A DNA stretch of 28,040 nucleotides from Promethearchaeota archaeon (GTDB lineage Archaea > Asgardarchaeota > Lokiarchaeia > Sigyniarchaeales > SOKP01), in contig JAHPZE010000043.1 of NCBI GenBank assembly GCA_019058365.1, positions 1 through 28,040 on the forward strand. Reading direction: 5' to 3'. This document shows, one piece after another, positions 16,970-25,040 of the stretch. Under the pieces are notes generated by a model. The model saw nothing but the letters and a program-made list of their open reading frames with translations, did not search any database and was not told where the DNA came from. A program made the position numbers and the translations under genes. How positions within the stretch are numbered: position 1 is the stretch's first letter; each line of letters starts with the position of its first letter.

Positions 16970-19321
16970 ATGACTGAAAGTGATAATAAACCTGATATTG
17001 AACCTAATATAGGAGTTTTCCTATGTAAATGTGGAAAAAATATTGGTGGAACTGTTGATATTGATCAATTAGCTAAAGATATTGAAGAAGATACAAGAGT
17101 CAAACTAGTTCAAGTTAATACCTATACTTGTTCTGATCCCGGGCAAGTAGAAATCGAAGCAGCAATTAAAGAGCAAGGTATAGAGAAGATAGTTATAGCA
17201 GCATGTTCCCCGAGATTGCATGGACCAACATGGAAAAAGCTTTTAAGACGAGTTGGAATAAATCCTTCGCTAGTAGAAGTTGCTAATATCCGGGAACAAT
17301 GTAGTTGGGTACATCTTTCAGAGAAAGAAGAAGCGACTAAAAAAGCTAAAGAAATCCTTGAAATGGCAATCGCTAAAGCTGAGTTATTAGAAGCAATTGA
17401 TGATATCGTTGTTCCCATTACACGAAGAGTATTAATTATTGGAGGAGGAGTAGCAGGAATTCAGGCTGCATTAGATTTAGCTGATGAATTTGAAGTTATT
17501 CTTGTAGAAAAATCACCTACTATTGGAGGAAAGATGGCTCTCATCGATAAGACTTTTCCAACAATGGATTGTTCAATTTGTATTTTAGGTCCCAAAATGG
17601 CTGATGTAGGTAATCATGAAAATATTAATTTAATTTCCTGTGCTGAAGTAACCAATATATCTGGATATATTGGTAATTTTGAGGTAACAATTAAAAAACA
17701 TCCTCGCTATGTGGATGAAAACCTCTGTACTGCATGTGGGGATTGTGTTTCAATCTGCCCTGAAAACGTTATTGATGAGTATTCTGGCAATTTAGGTTGG
17801 AGGAAAGCAATATATATCCCATATCCACAAGCCGTACCAGCCTGTTACATAATTGATGAAAAGAGCTGTTTAGGTCTCTCTCCTTTAGCCTGTGGAAAAT
17901 GTGTTCCTGAATGCGAAAAAGAAGCTATAATTTATGAGGATTCCGAAAGAACTTTTAATTATAAAGTTGGAGCCATTATAATAGCAGTGGGATTTGAACT
18001 TTTTGATGCTTCTAAGCTCCCAGAATATGGATGGGGTAATTATTCCAATGTAATAACAACTTTTGAGTTTGAAAGGTTAATTAACGCGGCAGGACCAACA
18101 AATGGAGAACTCGTACGTCCCAGTGATCTTAAGAAACCAAAAAACGTTGCTTTCATTAATTGTGTAGGATCGCGTGATAAGCGATTTAATCCATACTGTT
18201 CTAACTTCTGTTGTATGGAAAGTATAAAGGATAGCCTTTTGATTAAAGAACATTGGCCTGATGTTGAGGTTACAATATTCTTTATTGATATTAGGGCTTT
18301 TGGTAAAGGGTTTGAAGAATTATATTCACGTTCAAGAGAAGAAGGGGTTCTTTTTATACGTGGACGCCCTGGTCAAATTAAAGAAAATCCCATAACTAAA
18401 AATCTAAAAGTTAGTGTTGAAGATATAAGCACTGGAACAATTCTCTCTGAAGAATTTGATTTAATAGTCCTTTCTATAGGAGTTGAAGGTTCATCAGAAT
18501 CTATTCCTTTTCCTATTGCTAAGGATTCAAGTGGATTTTATATTGAAGCACATCCTAAACTTCGACCAGTAGATACTCCAACTGATGGTATTTTCATTGC
18601 TGGTGGAGCAGAGTCACCAAAGGATATTAGAGAAACTGTTACACAAGCTAGTGCTGCAGCAGGACGTTGTGGAAATTTGCTTTCAGAAGAAGAATTCCAT
18701 GTAGAGCCTTTATATGCTTTCGTAGACATAGAAAAATGTACTAGTTGTGGAACTTGTGTATCTCGTTGTCCTTATGGTGCTATAAGTGTTGATCGAGAGA
18801 AAAAAACTCCAGCACGAATTATTCCAATATTATGTAAAGGTTGTGGTACATGTGCAGCAGATTGTCCTACAGATGCTATTACCATGACTAATTTTACGGA
18901 TGCTATGATCCTTAGACAAATTGATATTGCTCTTCGTGAAAAAGCTTCGGAAAAAGTAATGATTTTTGCTTGTAATTGGTGTTCATATGCGGGAGCCGAT
19001 TTAGCTGGAACAAGTCGTATCCAGTATCCAACTAATACAAGAATTGTTAGAACTATGTGTTCAGGACGAGTAAAAGTATCTTTTATTAAACATTGTTTTA
19101 ACCGTGGAGCTGGAGCTGTTATGTTGACCGGATGCCACCCCCAAGATTGTCATTATATTTCTGGAAATGATTTTGCCATAAAGCGAGAAAAAAGAATTAG
19201 AAGTTGGATGAAGAAAAATAATATTTCTGATGAGAGATTTGTCATTGAATGGATCTCTGCAGCAGAAGGAAAAAGATTTGCTGAAATAGTTTCACAAGTA
19301 AGTAAAATAGCTTTAAAGTAG
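16970..19321 (+). CDS. hdrA: Heterodisulfide reductase subunit A (HdrA)-like flavoprotein fused to a C-terminal MvhD [2Fe-2S] domain
   Basis: GVFLCKCG, NIREQCSWVH, FAD motif IIGGGVAG, DKTFPTMDCSICIL, inserted and C-terminal ferredoxins, CVGSRD...CSNFCC; MvhD motifs FACNWCSYAGAD, CSGRV and GCHPQDCHY. Start is ATG 16970 or GTG 16958. Confidence 0.92.
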   Translation: MTESDNKPDIEPNIGVFLCKCGKNIGGTVDIDQLAKDIEEDTRVKLVQVNTYTCSDPGQVEIEAAIKEQGIEKIVIAACSPRLHGPTWKKLLRRVGINPSLVEVANIREQCSWVHLSEKEEATKKAKEILEMAIAKAELLEAIDDIVVPITRRVLIIGGGVAGIQAALDLADEFEVILVEKSPTIGGKMALIDKTFPTMDCSICILGPKMADVGNHENINLISCAEVTNISGYIGNFEVTIKKHPRYVDENLCTACGDCVSICPENVIDEYSGNLGWRKAIYIPYPQAVPACYIIDEKSCLGLSPLACGKCVPECEKEAIIYEDSERTFNYKVGAIIIAVGFELFDASKLPEYGWGNYSNVITTFEFERLINAAGPTNGELVRPSDLKKPKNVAFINCVGSRDKRFNPYCSNFCCMESIKDSLLIKEHWPDVEVTIFFIDIRAFGKGFEELYSRSREEGVLFIRGRPGQIKENPITKNLKVSVEDISTGTILSEEFDLIVLSIGVEGSSESIPFPIAKDSSGFYIEAHPKLRPVDTPTDGIFIAGGAESPKDIRETVTQASAAAGRCGNLLSEEEFHVEPLYAFVDIEKCTSCGTCVSRCPYGAISVDREKKTPARIIPILCKGCGTCAADCPTDAITMTNFTDAMILRQIDIALREKASEKVMIFACNWCSYAGADLAGTSRIQYPTNTRIVRTMCSGRVKVSFIKHCFNRGAGAVMLTGCHPQDCHYISGNDFAIKREKRIRSWMKKNNISDERFVIEWISAAEGKRFAEIVSQVSKIALK

Positions 19322-19328
19322 ATATATA

Positions 19329-19351
19329 TTTGTTGGTTGTAAATCAACAAA
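19329..19351 (+). other. Short hairpin immediately 3' of the hdrA-mvhD stop (possible transcript-end or stabilising element)
   Basis: TTTGTTGGTT-GTA-AATCAACAAA: 10-bp stem with one G-U pair on the + strand. Confidence 0.4.
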
Positions 19352-19385
19352 ACTGAAATAATATAAGAGGGATAATTTAGAAAAT

Positions 19386-19886
19386 ATGCCTGATCTTCAG
19401 AAAGAAAGAAAAAAACGCTCAGAAAAGATGATAAGCTTATTTAATTCTTTCAAAAACCAAGAATTAAAAAACTTACCTGTTCCTCCTTTTTCAAAATGGG
19501 CTAATGGGAAAATAATAAAAGCGGAGTTTGGTTTAATGGAATTAGAATTTGAAGTAAGACCTGAAATGGCAAATCCAACAAACTTACTACACGGTGGGAT
19601 ACAATGTGCACTAATGGATGATGTGATAGGGATTACAACAGCCACACTAGGTTATAAAGGTTTTCCAATTAGTATAGATTTCCATGTAGATTATTTAGGA
19701 AAAATTCAAGTTGGTGAAAAAGTAAGAGTAATTGGAGAAATTATACGGGAAGGAAGAAATATTATCCATGCAAATGCAGAAATTCGAGATTTGAATAATA
19801 ATTTGATCTCAACCAGTAATTCAAATCTATTAAAAACTAAGTTTATACCAGAATATGTAAAAACAGCGGATAGGTTAGAAAGGTAA
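19386..19886 (+). CDS. PaaI family (hotdog-fold) acyl-CoA thioesterase
   Basis: MANPTNLLHGGIQCALMDD hotdog motif; SIDFHVDYL; REGRNII. Confidence 0.9.
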   Translation: MPDLQKERKKRSEKMISLFNSFKNQELKNLPVPPFSKWANGKIIKAEFGLMELEFEVRPEMANPTNLLHGGIQCALMDDVIGITTATLGYKGFPISIDFHVDYLGKIQVGEKVRVIGEIIREGRNIIHANAEIRDLNNNLISTSNSNLLKTKFIPEYVKTADRLER

Positions 19887-21320
19887 TCATGAATGTCCCA
19901 TTCTTCTTTTATATTCTGAAATTTTTGTCAGTAGTGGGATAAATTCAAGAGGATCTCCAGAAACTGGAACTTTCCTTTCAATTAACTTTTTTGAAATACT
20001 TTCTCTTTCTTCTGGGTTATTCAAACGTTGAATTATGGGAATTAAGGGTTTATTATGTTTATGACCCAATATAAGGCTTTCTATCATATTAGATTCAAAA
20101 TCTTGATTATCCCTTGATTTAAGAACAGGAGTTAAATAAAAACTAGGCATATCTAAAATTAAACCATCTATCTTTTTGTCTGATAAAGCAAGATCAATAA
20201 TTTCATATACAGAAATTACATAGAAAAATTGTGCTGCTAAATCTAAAGGATTATTTGAACTTGTACCTGGCAAAAAAAATTTGGACTTGAGTTTATCTTG
20301 GATTTCAGAACTAAATGGAGGTATTTTCATTCCTGCTTTCTCAAGTAGATCTACTAAAATCACTCCATAGCCTCCACTAATACTAAAAACTGCCAAATTA
20401 TTTAGTTCAAAAATTCCATAAAAGTCAATTAAACGAGCAGTGTGGAGTAATTGCTCCAAAGAATCAACATCAATAATGTTAAATTGTCTAAAAAGAGCAT
20501 GCCAAAGTCGATTATCTCCTGAAATTGAAGCAGTATGTGTCTTAGCTGCAATAGAGCCGGTCTCTGATTGACCTCCTTTTAATATTACAATTGGCTTTTT
20601 GTTTTGTTCAAGGACTTTCTTCAAATCATCAATTCTTCCTTCTTTAATACCCTCGAGGTAACATAAAATAATGTCTGTTTCTGGATCATTACTTAAAAAG
20701 TAAAGTAAATCAACAAAATCTATATCTGCTCCATTTCCAAATGAAAATACTTTAGAAAAATTAATACCTAATGCTTCTGCTCCATATATTGCAATATTAC
20801 AGATCCCACCTGACTGTGCAATAAAGCCTATATTTCCGGGTGTTGTTGGAAATCCTGGACGCCAAGCTATACCTAACTTAGGATAATAGATTCCCAATCC
20901 ATTTGGTCCTAGGATCCTTACTTTATTTTGTGCTCGCTTTAATAATTCCTTCTCTAAAGCAATACCTTCTTCTGTACCAGAATCAGAAAATTCAGATGTA
21001 AAAACAGTAACTAATTTTACGTTTTTTTTTACACAAGAATCAATTGTCCTTAAAATCTGGGATGGTGGAACTGCAATAAATGCAAAATCGACTTCTCCAT
21101 GAATGTCTTCTAATGATGGAAAAATATTTTTCTTGTCAAAATTAGGAATTTCTTCAGCAGTAGGATGAACCGCATAAGTAGGACCTTTAAAATATTCTGC
21201 ATGATTTTTCAAAAAGAAGTATTCTCGCTTTTTGGAAGGACCAATAACAGCAATAGATTTAATATCATTTATGAACGAAACATCCTTGACATTTAAGTAG
21301 GTAGTATCTTCCTCTGTCAT
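19887..21320 (-). CDS. ADP-forming acyl-CoA synthetase alpha subunit (AcdA-like CoA-binding protein, no ATP-grasp domain)
   Basis: SIAVIGPS CoA-binding fold, ILGPNGLG, AQSGG, SFGNGAD, YLEG, AKTHTAS phospho-His, SISGG and NNPLDL. Its stop abuts the convergent thioesterase stop with no spacer. Confidence 0.88.
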   Translation of the reverse strand: MTEEDTTYLNVKDVSFINDIKSIAVIGPSKKREYFFLKNHAEYFKGPTYAVHPTAEEIPNFDKKNIFPSLEDIHGEVDFAFIAVPPSQILRTIDSCVKKNVKLVTVFTSEFSDSGTEEGIALEKELLKRAQNKVRILGPNGLGIYYPKLGIAWRPGFPTTPGNIGFIAQSGGICNIAIYGAEALGINFSKVFSFGNGADIDFVDLLYFLSNDPETDIILCYLEGIKEGRIDDLKKVLEQNKKPIVILKGGQSETGSIAAKTHTASISGDNRLWHALFRQFNIIDVDSLEQLLHTARLIDFYGIFELNNLAVFSISGGYGVILVDLLEKAGMKIPPFSSEIQDKLKSKFFLPGTSSNNPLDLAAQFFYVISVYEIIDLALSDKKIDGLILDMPSFYLTPVLKSRDNQDFESNMIESLILGHKHNKPLIPIIQRLNNPEERESISKKLIERKVPVSGDPLEFIPLLTKISEYKRRMGHS

Positions 21321-21547
21321 TACTTCTTAAAATTATTTATAGCATTAAATTTTTGAGATTTAATATTTTTACTAACGCATTTTTTCTATTAGATAATATA
21401 TCGCAGTAAATATTTAGCAATTTTAGTTATTTTAACAAGCCTATAAATTTTAGTAAGAAGTAAATTATTTTGAAATAAATAAATATAGATTTTAGATCTT
21501 CATGAGGATTTGATCTATTATAGTTCTTCTATTCATTTAAAGAAATA

Positions 21548-21667
21548 TTTACAATAATGTAAACTTACTAAATCCATCTACAGATTTGTCTATACAATAA
21601 TGTAAATTCCCCAAATTCATATACATATTTGTTAATTTATTCTTTCTTTAATTTACATTAATGTAAA
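21548..21667. promoter_or_regulatory. Array of three 16-bp palindromes TWTACA-WTAA-TGTAAA (candidate transcription-factor operators)
   Basis: TTTACAATAATGTAAA 21548-21563; TATACAATAATGTAAA 21591-21606; TTTACATTAATGTAAA 21652-21667 (perfect palindrome). The first two lie in an imperfect 43-bp tandem duplication. Confidence 0.75.
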
Positions 21668-21715
21668 ATACACTACTATAAATAATCTCTTATAGATTTT
21701 TCAATTTTGTCAAAT

Positions 21716-21737
21716 GAAAAAAAAAAATTTATATATA
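21716..21737 (+). promoter_or_regulatory. Archaeal BRE/TATA promoter of the metalloprotease gene
   Basis: Purine run followed by TTTATATA at 21728-21735; the same position is occupied by TTTATAAA in copy 2. Confidence 0.65.
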
Positions 21738-21761
21738 ACTCGGCATAATAAAAAATCACTG

Positions 21762-21886
21762 AAAATGTCTAGAATTTCGTAGAGCTTAAACCACTTGCAG
21801 AAATTTTAGGACTTTTTGGCTATGTTTGTAATATGTTCAAATGAGACAACATTTTGAATATTCGAACAACAAAAATGGAAAAGTAA
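21762..21886 (+). ncRNA. Candidate structured cis-regulatory 5' leader RNA, copy 1 (hairpins P1 21762-21816 and P2 21824-21867)
   Basis: Both hairpins are conserved in copy 2 with one fully compensatory and three G-U-consistent substitutions; the loops diverge most. Confidence 0.7.
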
Positions 21887-21926
21887 TTTCCAACAAATTT
21901 AAAAAAAAAAATAAGATGATATAAAA

Positions 21927-24221
21927 ATGAGAAAAAAACTAGTTACAATTTTAATGGTCTTCACCTTTTTAAGTATTGCTAGCTTTTCAACAATGTTAAA
22001 TGTAACCGGTAATGTTCAGAGTGAAACATCATCCTTTGATATAGAACCACTTTATGATTGCCAGTCTGCTGATACTTTATCACTTGAGGATGCAGTATTT
22101 GAACCTCCACATAGTCCATGGCTTTATCCCACCATTAACGATTATACTGGTTCCGTACAATGGCTCTATTTTGAAAATATCTTTAATGGTACCTATGGGA
22201 ATATTTGGGTCGCATTGGATCCAGCATATGATTGGTATGTTGATAATGGTGAGCCTGGTTATAGTCCTGATGATGTATGGTTTTTTAGTTATCCATGGAC
22301 TTCTACTGGCTACCCTGATTCGAGTTATCCAGATGGCTATTATTTACCACCGGGTTATGTTGATTATATAACAGGAGCAGATCTATTAGAAGTTTTAGAA
22401 GAATTCGATAATAATATCCATGATACAGATGTGGGATATTTTGGTCAATATAATGATCGACCAGGCCCTTATGATGATTATAAGGTCCAAGTAATGGTAT
22501 TCAACATCAAGGATGATTTTTTCTACGATCCTGCTAACGCTCAAGGTTTTATCGAAGGATATTTCTGGTCACAAATAGCTGATTATTTCTCTACTAACGC
22601 ATTCCATATGGATACTTATCAATGGTGGAGGAGACAAGGTGGAAATCCACCAATGGAGGATCCTTATAATAACTTTGATTACTCATATCTCAGTATACGT
22701 GCTTGGGAATATGAAGGAACCTTTGCCCATGAATTTCAGCACCTTATTCATCATGACAGAGATTCTGATGAACTTTCCTGGGTTGACGAAGGCTGCGCAA
22801 CTTTAGCTGAATGGCTTTGTGGATATGGATTCTCTCCCGGACATATTTCGGAGTATTTACTCTGGTTCTGGGATACTCCATTAACGATATGGGAAGGGTA
22901 TTTAGCTGATTATGGCGCATCCTTTCTGTGGACATACTATATGTATGAACATTACGGTGGAGCAGAATTATTAACCTATCTAGTTGAGGATCAAGCGAAC
23001 GGAATTGCAGGATGGGAAAATGCACTTGCAGCAATGCATATACATAGATCATTTGATCAAATCTTCCAAGACTGGTGTATCGCAAACTATCTTGATGATA
23101 CATCATTTGGAAGAGGAAGATATGGTTATTATGAATTAGATATTCCTTCGGAAAACTCAGATGGTATGAGTATACAGCTTGCAATGGAATTGTGGGACAG
23201 TTGGTATGCAGGTCTTGGCTATTTCGATTGGTATGTGAATGAATATCCATATGACGGTGAATATATTTTAGCTGGTCGTGGATTACCTTATACTGCGAAT
23301 TATGTAGAATTTACCAATGTTCCATCATTATTTGAAGTAGAATTCGACGGTGCTGAAACATGTGGGGCTGCACCAACTAGTGGGACACATAATTGGTATT
23401 CTGATGGGGAAGCTTGGTCATGGTGGACACTTAGTCAAACATTTGATGTACCTGCTACAGGAGCATGGCTTTATTTCTCTAACTACTTTTCAATCGAAGA
23501 AGATTGGGATTATGGTTATGTAGAGGTTTATGACCATGATACTGGATTGTGGACAACACTACCAGGGCTTTACACGACAGATTATCTTGGTTATGCACAA
23601 GACAATCCATACACTCCTACTGAAAGAGAGCCATATATGTATAATTATACAGGAACATGGAACTGCTTCACAGGAGACAGTGGTGGTTTATACACAGAAG
23701 CAATGGATCTTACACCCTTCGCAGGGCATACAATAGAATTGTCCTTTACTTATTGGACTGATGCATATACACTTGGTTCAGGATGGTATATTGATGATAT
23801 AGAAATACCTGAAATTGGATTCTCTGATGATTGTGAAACGCTTGGTGACTGGACTGTTAGTCCAGAAGGTTATGGATGGTATTTAAACGATGAGATAATT
23901 TACAATCATTTTGCAGTAAGTTTAATCCAATCGACAACCTATTTCAAGAAGGATGGTACAGCATATAAAACTTGTTATCATATAGATGGAATGAGAATCA
24001 ATGATGATACTGAAACAGGAAATGAGTTCATGTTAGTTAAAAATATTAGGCGTACTGAGAGTACTGTTGTAATGGTGGTTGCTAATCAACCAGGATATGA
24101 ACATACATTCGGAACCACTTATAGTTTCCATGCAGATTGGAAGCATTGGCATCATCATTGGTATTGCCAATGGCATCATCATTGGATTCATGATTGGCAT
24201 CATTGTTGGCACCATCATTAA
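21927..24221 (+). CDS. Secreted zinc metalloprotease (HEXXH...E gluzincin-type domain + immune-inhibitor-A-like beta domain) with Trp/His-rich C-terminal tail
   Basis: Signal peptide MRKKLVTILMVFTFLSIASF; TFAHEFQHLIH with downstream WVDEG; EEDWDYGYVEV and GWYIDDI motifs of InhA-like C-domains; tail WKHWHHHWYCQWHHHWIHDWHHCWHHH. Confidence 0.87.
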   Translation: MRKKLVTILMVFTFLSIASFSTMLNVTGNVQSETSSFDIEPLYDCQSADTLSLEDAVFEPPHSPWLYPTINDYTGSVQWLYFENIFNGTYGNIWVALDPAYDWYVDNGEPGYSPDDVWFFSYPWTSTGYPDSSYPDGYYLPPGYVDYITGADLLEVLEEFDNNIHDTDVGYFGQYNDRPGPYDDYKVQVMVFNIKDDFFYDPANAQGFIEGYFWSQIADYFSTNAFHMDTYQWWRRQGGNPPMEDPYNNFDYSYLSIRAWEYEGTFAHEFQHLIHHDRDSDELSWVDEGCATLAEWLCGYGFSPGHISEYLLWFWDTPLTIWEGYLADYGASFLWTYYMYEHYGGAELLTYLVEDQANGIAGWENALAAMHIHRSFDQIFQDWCIANYLDDTSFGRGRYGYYELDIPSENSDGMSIQLAMELWDSWYAGLGYFDWYVNEYPYDGEYILAGRGLPYTANYVEFTNVPSLFEVEFDGAETCGAAPTSGTHNWYSDGEAWSWWTLSQTFDVPATGAWLYFSNYFSIEEDWDYGYVEVYDHDTGLWTTLPGLYTTDYLGYAQDNPYTPTEREPYMYNYTGTWNCFTGDSGGLYTEAMDLTPFAGHTIELSFTYWTDAYTLGSGWYIDDIEIPEIGFSDDCETLGDWTVSPEGYGWYLNDEIIYNHFAVSLIQSTTYFKKDGTAYKTCYHIDGMRINDDTETGNEFMLVKNIRRTESTVVMVVANQPGYEHTFGTTYSFHADWKHWHHHWYCQWHHHWIHDWHHCWHHH
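24138..24218 (+). repeat. Degenerate 12-nt repeat (TGGCATCATCAT) encoding the period-4 W-x-x-x His-rich tail
   Basis: 27 aa containing 13 His, 7 Trp and 2 Cys; Trp every fourth residue. Confidence 0.9.
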
Positions 24222-24260
24222 GACTAAATAGTAAAAATAGATACTTAATCAAAACTTAAA

Positions 24261-24271
24261 TTTTTTTTTTT
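24261..24271 (+). terminator. Oligo-T archaeal terminator after the metalloprotease gene
   Basis: T11 run 40 bp downstream of the stop; flanks resemble those at 27962-27972. Confidence 0.6.
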
Positions 24272-24410
24272 ATTCTATAATTTTCTAAAATTGTTTGTAT
24301 ACTAATCTTCCCTTAGATATGTCATTTGGGTGAACTGGAATTGATGCAAATTCTTGGCTCACAGTTGATTATCAAGGAAATGGAAATTTTATAATAATCA
24401 AAGCACATTA

Positions 24411-24986
24411 GTGATCAGAATAATAAAAAACTGGAAAAATTATTTAAATTTTGATCCTCTGCTAAAATTTCAATCTTCTGGAAAGAAGGCAATTAGATAT
24501 TATACTAATCGAGATCTTTTAGGTGATAAAATGAGATCAATTAAAAGTTTATGGGTACTTCCAAAAGCAGAATAAATACTCAAAAAACAACAAAAAAAGG
24601 GCTCATGGAAATATCTTAGAAGGAAAACATATTTGAGATCTCAATAAAATTATGATCAATTAGAAACATATAGGCAATTAGGGTTCCTTATTGAAAAATA
24701 TGAGTTCAATAATAAACATCAAACCATCCAAAAAGCAGCTAAATTCTTATTTTCATATCAAACTGAAGAAGGTGATTTTAGAGGGATTTATGAGAATCAA
24801 TATTCCCCGAATTATTCTGCTGGAATAATGGAATTGCTGATTAAAGCAGGATATGATAAAGATCATTATATATAATAAGGATTTAAATGGCTATTATCAG
24901 TGAAGCAAGATGATGGTGGATGGATTATGCCGATAAGAACAAATAATGCGAAATTTTTGATGATAAAAAAAAAAGAGATGATATAA
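24411..24986 (+). pseudogene. Truncated pseudogene of a prenyltransferase/squalene-cyclase (QW) repeat protein
   Basis: One frame from GTG 24411 reads ...QQKKGSW...FLFSYQTEEGDF...GFKWLLSVKQDDGGW... with in-frame TAA at 24573, 24645, 24873 and 24876. Missed by the ORF track. Confidence 0.8.
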
Positions 24987-25040
24987 AAATTGTAAATGTT
25001 ACAATTTTAATAGTAATAATCTTCATATTTTTAAATGTTC
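24965..25040 (+). repeat. Relic third copy of the protease translation-start/signal-peptide region
   Basis: A10-GAGATGATATAAAAAT...GTTACAATTTTAATAGTAATAATCTTCATATTTTTAAATGT resembles copy 1 (AGATGATATAAAAAT; GTTACAATTTTAAT) and copy 2 (ATTTTAATACTAGTAGTCTTCACACTTTTAAATGT). Confidence 0.6.

Larger units (their letters stand above)
21698..21988 (+). repeat. Shared protease front-end cassette, copy 1 (promoter + structured leader + signal-peptide codons)
   Basis: Colinear with 25240-25531; 21721-21940 vs 25261-25480 align without gaps at offset 3540 (161/220 identical by hand count). Confidence 0.93.

Noticed and set aside
16970-19385. Selenoprotein/SECIS possibility for HdrA-MvhD (both families include selenoproteins in some archaea)
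   Set aside because: The ORF has no in-frame TGA, the relevant motifs carry Cys, and the 3' hairpin lacks the AUGA...GA core.
21548-21667. Mini-CRISPR interpretation of the spaced palindromes
   Set aside because: Repeats are only 16 bp, spacing is unequal (43, 61), the first two spacers are homologous to each other, and no cas genes are present.
21916-21924. Second tiny uORF (ATG ATA TAA; MRKK* in copy 2) just before the protease starts
   Set aside because: AAGATGAT is better explained as an SD-like variant of GGTGAT; the same motif precedes the delta gene at ~14638-14645.
1757-23736. Short overlapping ORFs in the track (e.g. 1757-2113, 2240-2497, 3789-4061, 11304-11651, 17122-17418, 22054-22371, 22744-23250, 23530-23736)
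   Set aside because: Shadow frames of well-supported genes with no recognisable motifs.
24033-24218. Met-rich minus-strand ORF (MMVPTMMPIMNPMMM...)
   Set aside because: It is simply the antisense of the CAT/TGG repeat encoding the His/Trp tail; no independent promoter or RBS evidence.
24411-24986. Stop-codon recoding (all four internal stops are TAA)
   Set aside because: TAA terminates most intact genes in this window and the gene is also 3'-truncated; AT-biased decay of GAA/AAA codons is simpler.
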